Shown in pieces: positions 38,199 to 42,193 of a DNA stretch of 42,193 nt. This DNA comes from an uncultured bacterium (lineage in GTDB: Bacteria > Krumholzibacteriota > Krumholzibacteriia > LZORAL124-64-63). Position 1 is the first letter of the stretch. The number at the start of each line of letters is the position of its first letter. A program made the translations under genes and the position numbers. The stretch covers positions 1 through 42,193 of the forward strand of contig CBDUYZ010000002.1 of assembly GCA_965371575.1 (NCBI GenBank), in the 5' to 3' direction. The notes beneath the pieces are model-generated. The model was not told the DNA's origin and did not search any database. It worked only from the letters and a program-made list of their open reading frames with translations.

Positions 38199-40658
38199 AT
38201 GAATGACCGCTTTACTCAGAGAGTCCGCAAAGTCCTGTTTCTCGCCCGCGACGAGGCCGGACGCCTGCAGCATGATTACATCGGAACCGAACATCTGCTC
38301 CTCGGGGTCATTCGCGAAGGAGAGGGAGTGGCCGCCAACGTCCTGCGGCGCATGAAGATCGATTTTGAGAACATCCAGAAGGCGGTCGAGGAATCCGTGA
38401 ATGCACCGATGGGGCCGGTGAGCATCGGGGAGATACCCTTCACGCCCCGGGCCAAGAAGGTACTCGAACTCAGCATCGACGAGGCCAGGCTCCACAATCA
38501 CAACTACGTGGGCACCGAGCACCTGCTCCTGGCCCTGATCCGCGAAGGCGAAGGCGTAGCAGCCAGGGTCCTGAGCGACCTCGGGGCGGACCACGAAGTC
38601 GTCAAACGCGAAGTCATGAAGTCTCTGGGCGGAAACGAACCATTCGGCAGGGCCGGGGAAACCCGTAATCGCAAGCAGGCCAAGAAAAAGGAAAATTCAG
38701 TCCTCGAACAGTTCGGCCGCAATATGACGGACATGGCGAGGGCGGGCGAACTCGATCCCACAATCGGGCGTAGCGCGGAAATCGACCGCTGTATCCAGAT
38801 TCTCAGCCGGCGCAAGAAGAACAATCCCGTCCTGATCGGAGAGCCGGGCGTGGGCAAGACGGCTATCGTCGAGGGCTTCGCCAGCATGATAGTGGAGGGC
38901 AACGTGCCCAGCCTGTTGCGCGGCAAGGAGATCGTCACCCTTGATCTGGCCAGTGTCGTCGCGGGGACCAAGTACCGGGGCCAGTTCGAGGAACGGCTCA
39001 AGCAGATCATGGCGGAAATCCGGGAAAACCCGCATGTCATCCTCTTCATCGATGAATTACACACCATCGTCGGCGCAGGTGGGGCCGAGGGTGCCATCGA
39101 TGCCTCGAACATGCTCAAGCCCGCCTTGAGTCGTGGTGAGATCCAGTGCGTGGGCGCCACCACCATGGACGAGTATCGGAAATTCATTGAAAAGGACGGT
39201 GCCCTGGAGAGGCGCTTCCAGCCCGTGATGGTCAATCCTCCTACCGAGGAGGAGACCGTAGAGATCCTGTTCGGTTTGCGGGGGAAGTACGAATCCCACC
39301 ACCATGTGAAATACGACGACGACGCCATCCGGTCCGTCGTTTGGCTTTCCAACCGGTACATCTCGGGCCGGGCCCTGCCCGACAAGGCCATCGACGTCAT
39401 CGACGAGGCAGGCAGCCGTGCGCGCCTGAGCATGACCATCGTTCCGCCGGATCTGCATGAAATGGAAAAGAAGATCGAAGATGTCATCACCGAGAAGGAA
39501 TCTTCCATCGCCGCCCAGGAGTTTGAAAAGGCCGCGGCCTTCCGGGACGAGGAGAAGGTTCTCAAGAAGGAACTGCAGACCCTGAAACAGGACTGGAATT
39601 CCGAAAATGCCGATTCCCAGGCCAAAGTCGACGTCAATCTGGTGTGCAGTGTGATCTCCGGCATCACGGGCATACCCGTGTCCGAGGTCGAAGAGGAAGA
39701 GAGCGATAAACTTCTCCGCATGGAGGAAGAACTGGGGAAATGGGTCATCGGTCAGGATGCTGCGCTTTCCGCGGTCTCCAAGTCCATCCGGCGCAACCGC
39801 GCCGGATTGCGTGATCCCCGCCGGCCCATCGGTTCCTTCATCTTCATGGGCCCCAGCGGCGTGGGCAAGACCGAGGTGGCACGGCGTTTGACCGAATTCC
39901 TGTTCGGCGACCAGACCTCCTTGATCCGGGTGGATATGTCAGAGTACATGGAAAAGCATTCGGTGAGCCGTCTGGTGGGCGCCCCTCCCGGCTACGTGGG
40001 GTACGACGAAGGCGGTATGCTCACCGAAAAGGTCCGGCGCAAGCCCTATTCCGTGATCCTGCTGGATGAAATCGAAAAAGCCCATCCGGACGTGTACAAC
40101 ATCCTGCTGCAGGTCCTGGATGATGGTCAACTGACCGACAGCTTCGGCCGCACGGTCGATTTCCGCAACGCCGTCCTGATCATGACCAGCAACGTCGGCA
40201 GCCGCATGACTCATGGCATTCGCGGGGTCGGCTTCGGTTCCGACGAGGAGGATCACACCCAGCAGCGGGTGCAATCCAATATCGACATTGACCTGCGCAA
40301 GACCTTCAGTCCCGAATTTCTGAATCGGATCGACGAGATCATCACCTTCAACTCCCTGGACCGGGACGACATGTCCAAGATCGTCGAAATTCTCTTGGCA
40401 GATGTCAGCTCGCGGCTGCGCAATCTGGAGATCACCTTCGAGTTCACCCAGGCTTGCAAGGATTTTCTGTGCGAGGTTGGTTATGACCCCCAGCTGGGAG
40501 CCCGGCCCCTGCGCAGGGCTATTCAGAAGCACGTGGAGGATCCCTTGAGTGAAAAGCTGCTGCGTGGCGAAGTGACCAGCAAGAGCAAGCTGCTGATCGG
40601 TGTCAAGGGCGGCAAGCTGTCCTTCGAGGCCGAGCCCATGGAGGAGATCAAGACGTGA
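38199..40658 (+). CDS. clpC: ATP-dependent Clp protease ATP-binding subunit ClpC (class I AAA+, two Clp_N repeats plus UVR M-domain)
   Basis: Lies within ORF 38121..40658. The ATG at 38199 follows GGAGG (38185..38189). The Clp_N repeats are IGTEHLLLGVIREGEGVAANVL and VGTEHLLLALIREGEGVAARVL. D1 Walker A is GEPGVGKTA and D2 Walker A is GPSGVGKTE. The middle UVR is QEFEKAAAFRDEEKVLK. Confidence 0.93.
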   Translation: MNDRFTQRVRKVLFLARDEAGRLQHDYIGTEHLLLGVIREGEGVAANVLRRMKIDFENIQKAVEESVNAPMGPVSIGEIPFTPRAKKVLELSIDEARLHNHNYVGTEHLLLALIREGEGVAARVLSDLGADHEVVKREVMKSLGGNEPFGRAGETRNRKQAKKKENSVLEQFGRNMTDMARAGELDPTIGRSAEIDRCIQILSRRKKNNPVLIGEPGVGKTAIVEGFASMIVEGNVPSLLRGKEIVTLDLASVVAGTKYRGQFEERLKQIMAEIRENPHVILFIDELHTIVGAGGAEGAIDASNMLKPALSRGEIQCVGATTMDEYRKFIEKDGALERRFQPVMVNPPTEEETVEILFGLRGKYESHHHVKYDDDAIRSVVWLSNRYISGRALPDKAIDVIDEAGSRARLSMTIVPPDLHEMEKKIEDVITEKESSIAAQEFEKAAAFRDEEKVLKKELQTLKQDWNSENADSQAKVDVNLVCSVISGITGIPVSEVEEEESDKLLRMEEELGKWVIGQDAALSAVSKSIRRNRAGLRDPRRPIGSFIFMGPSGVGKTEVARRLTEFLFGDQTSLIRVDMSEYMEKHSVSRLVGAPPGYVGYDEGGMLTEKVRRKPYSVILLDEIEKAHPDVYNILLQVLDDGQLTDSFGRTVDFRNAVLIMTSNVGSRMTHGIRGVGFGSDEEDHTQQRVQSNIDIDLRKTFSPEFLNRIDEIITFNSLDRDDMSKIVEILLADVSSRLRNLEITFEFTQACKDFLCEVGYDPQLGARPLRRAIQKHVEDPLSEKLLRGEVTSKSKLLIGVKGGKLSFEAEPMEEIKT

Positions 40659-40659
40659 T

Positions 40660-40685
40660 GGGGCGCTGACAGCGTCCCGCCTTTT
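40660..40685 (+). terminator. Probable Rho-independent terminator after clpC
   Basis: A 7-bp stem, GGGGCGC (40660..40666) with GCGTCCC (40672..40678), includes one G-U pair. The loop is TGACA. GCCTTTTCC follows. Confidence 0.5.
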
Positions 40686-40940
40686 CCACTTCCGGCCGCG
40701 GGCCGGGCCACATCAATTCGGAACTTCCCTAATCCCGTCGGTTTTCCTATTTTAGCGCAGCCGCCTGCGGTGCACCATCTGTCCGGGAACTTCCCGCATG
40801 GAGGCGGGTAGGATGACCAGTTCGGCGCGACTGGGACCTTTGCCTACCCCTGTAGATTACCGTTGAAGCCCCACGACCACGGTGCTAGTATGCCGCGGTT
40901 TTCCGTTTTGAACCCGATCATGTGGAGTCCCTTTCCCAAA

Positions 40941-42193
40941 ATGAGACGCCTAGCGTTCCTCTGGTGTGCTGTTCTGGTTCTGTGTCTTATGGAAGACGCT
41001 CGGGCCCAGACCACCGGACCACCGATCGTCAGCGAAATCGAGGTCTCTGGAGCCCTCACCGTTGGTTCCCGCCAGGTAATTGCCTGGTCGGGTATCGAGG
41101 CTGGTGCGCCCTTCTCGCGGGAAATGGTGTCCCTGGCCATCCGCAGCCTGTTCGAGACGCAGAAGTTCTCCGATGTCTTCATCTATCAACAGGACACATC
41201 CGAGGGTGTGAAACTCATCATCAATCTGCAGGAATTCCCGCGTATCCGCACCATTCGTTTCGAGGGCCATAAGAAGGTCAAGGAAAAGGATCTGCGGGAG
41301 GCGTTTACCCTGCACGTGGGCCAGTTCGCCAACCCGGCGGTGACCCGGCGCGAACTGAAACCCCTGCGCGCAATCTACTACGAAAAGGGCTACTACAACG
41401 TGGCCATCCACACGGATTCGACCGTGGTCGACGCCAACAACATGGAAGACCTGGTGATCACCATCGTCGAGGGTGCGAAGGTCAAGGTCGAGAGCATTTC
41501 CTTCGTGGGCAACGTCGAGTTGGCGGAAGGCGACCTGCGCGATTCCATGGAGCAGGGCACCACCGGTTTCCTGCGCAGCGGCACCTTCAAGAAGCAACAG
41601 TTCGAGGATGATCGGGAAAGGATTGTCACCTACTGCCGGAACGAAGGTTATCTCGACGCCGAGGTGACCGACGTGGAGATGAATTTCCGCGAGGATCGGG
41701 AAAAGCTGGACCTGGTCATTCACCTCGACGAGAGGTCCCGCTACTACATAGGGGATATCCACTGGCAGGGGAACACGGTCTTCGACGATCTGGTCATCGC
41801 CGACCAGATCTGGCTTAACAGGGGCGATGTGTTCAAAGAGGACGAGTACCTCGAAACCTTGACCAACCTGCAACAGCTTTACGCCGACCGGGGCTACATT
41901 TACATCACGGTGGAGCCTCAGCGGGACATCGTGGATCAGACGGTAAACGTGGACTTCACCTTCATAGAGGGGCAGCCCGCCAAGATCCACGACATCCAGA
42001 TCAGCGGCAACACCAAGACCTATGACAAGGTCATCATCCGGGAAATGAGGACTTTCCCGGGTGACACCTTCAGCAACACCCGCATCCAGGCCACCATGCG
42101 GGACATCTTCCAGACCGGCTTCTTCGAGGATGTCCAGCCCGATATCCGGCCAGTGCCCAACGGCGACGTGGACATGATCCTCAAGGTCAAGGA
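40941..42193 (+). CDS. bamA: Outer-membrane protein assembly factor BamA, N-terminal part (signal peptide plus POTRA domains); runs off the right edge
   Basis: Absent from the ORF track because it is open-ended. The ATG at 40941 gives MRRLAFLWCAVLVLCLMEDARAQ (signal peptide). POTRA-like repeats follow: IVSEIEVSGALTVGSRQV, IRTIRFEGHKKVKEKDL, VESISFVGNVELAEGDL, YIGDIHWQGNTVF, and IHDIQISGNTKTYDKVIIREM. Confidence 0.9.
   Translation, partial: MRRLAFLWCAVLVLCLMEDARAQTTGPPIVSEIEVSGALTVGSRQVIAWSGIEAGAPFSREMVSLAIRSLFETQKFSDVFIYQQDTSEGVKLIINLQEFPRIRTIRFEGHKKVKEKDLREAFTLHVGQFANPAVTRRELKPLRAIYYEKGYYNVAIHTDSTVVDANNMEDLVITIVEGAKVKVESISFVGNVELAEGDLRDSMEQGTTGFLRSGTFKKQQFEDDRERIVTYCRNEGYLDAEVTDVEMNFREDREKLDLVIHLDERSRYYIGDIHWQGNTVFDDLVIADQIWLNRGDVFKEDEYLETLTNLQQLYADRGYIYITVEPQRDIVDQTVNVDFTFIEGQPAKIHDIQISGNTKTYDKVIIREMRTFPGDTFSNTRIQATMRDIFQTGFFEDVQPDIRPVPNGDVDMILKVK

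Noticed and set aside
40922-41272. ORF 40922..41272 (+, 116 aa).
   Set aside because: It is in the wrong frame. The frame from ATG 40941 gives a signal peptide plus POTRA repeats of BamA and stays open to the window end.

Overview
This is a high-GC (roughly 60% by eye) bacterial chromosome segment. It is almost entirely core or housekeeping and almost entirely co-oriented: about 38 recognisable genes lie on the + strand, and one truncated gene lies on the - strand at the left edge.

Gene order, left to right:
- HIT protein (partial, minus strand), PfkB sugar kinase, LexA, Hsp20, Lon
- a tightly overlapped envelope-glycan operon: four tandem GT9 heptosyltransferase-family genes interleaved with GmhB, then DUF3108, an ArnT/PMT-like GT-C membrane transferase, a small phosphoglycosyl transferase and AcpS
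- PhzF-like isomerase, acyl-CoA dehydrogenase, TPR protein, AroQ, EF-P
- AccB, PilT, AccC
- FtsK, RimO, an orphan envelope protein, BamD, NadD, PolA, CoaE
- PrfB (canonical +1 programmed frameshift, visible in the sequence), LysS, LolC/E-type permease, LolD
- McsA, McsB, ClpC, BamA (partial, runs off the right edge)

BamA, BamD, LolCD and the GT9/GmhB genes indicate a diderm with a heptose-containing LPS or LOS. The lineage cannot be assigned from the sequence alone.

I saw no CRISPR array, transposase, integrase, phage gene, tRNA, rRNA or recognisable defence gene. I do not see a convincing wholly novel system, so this looks like an ordinary core region.

The items most worth a second look:
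1. A Firmicute-style McsA-McsB-ClpC arginine-phosphorylation module is translationally coupled to lolD in a diderm, with no CtsR.
2. The four-GT9/GmhB/DUF3108/GT-C/PGT operon.
3. A terminator-bounded pilT splits accB from accC and is preceded by a perfect 26-bp palindrome.
4. An unassignable secreted protein with a C-terminal anchor sits just upstream of bamD.
5. The two long intergenic regions (mcsB-clpC and clpC-bamA) contain repeats and hairpins.

The many long antisense ORFs in the track are treated as high-GC shadow ORFs.
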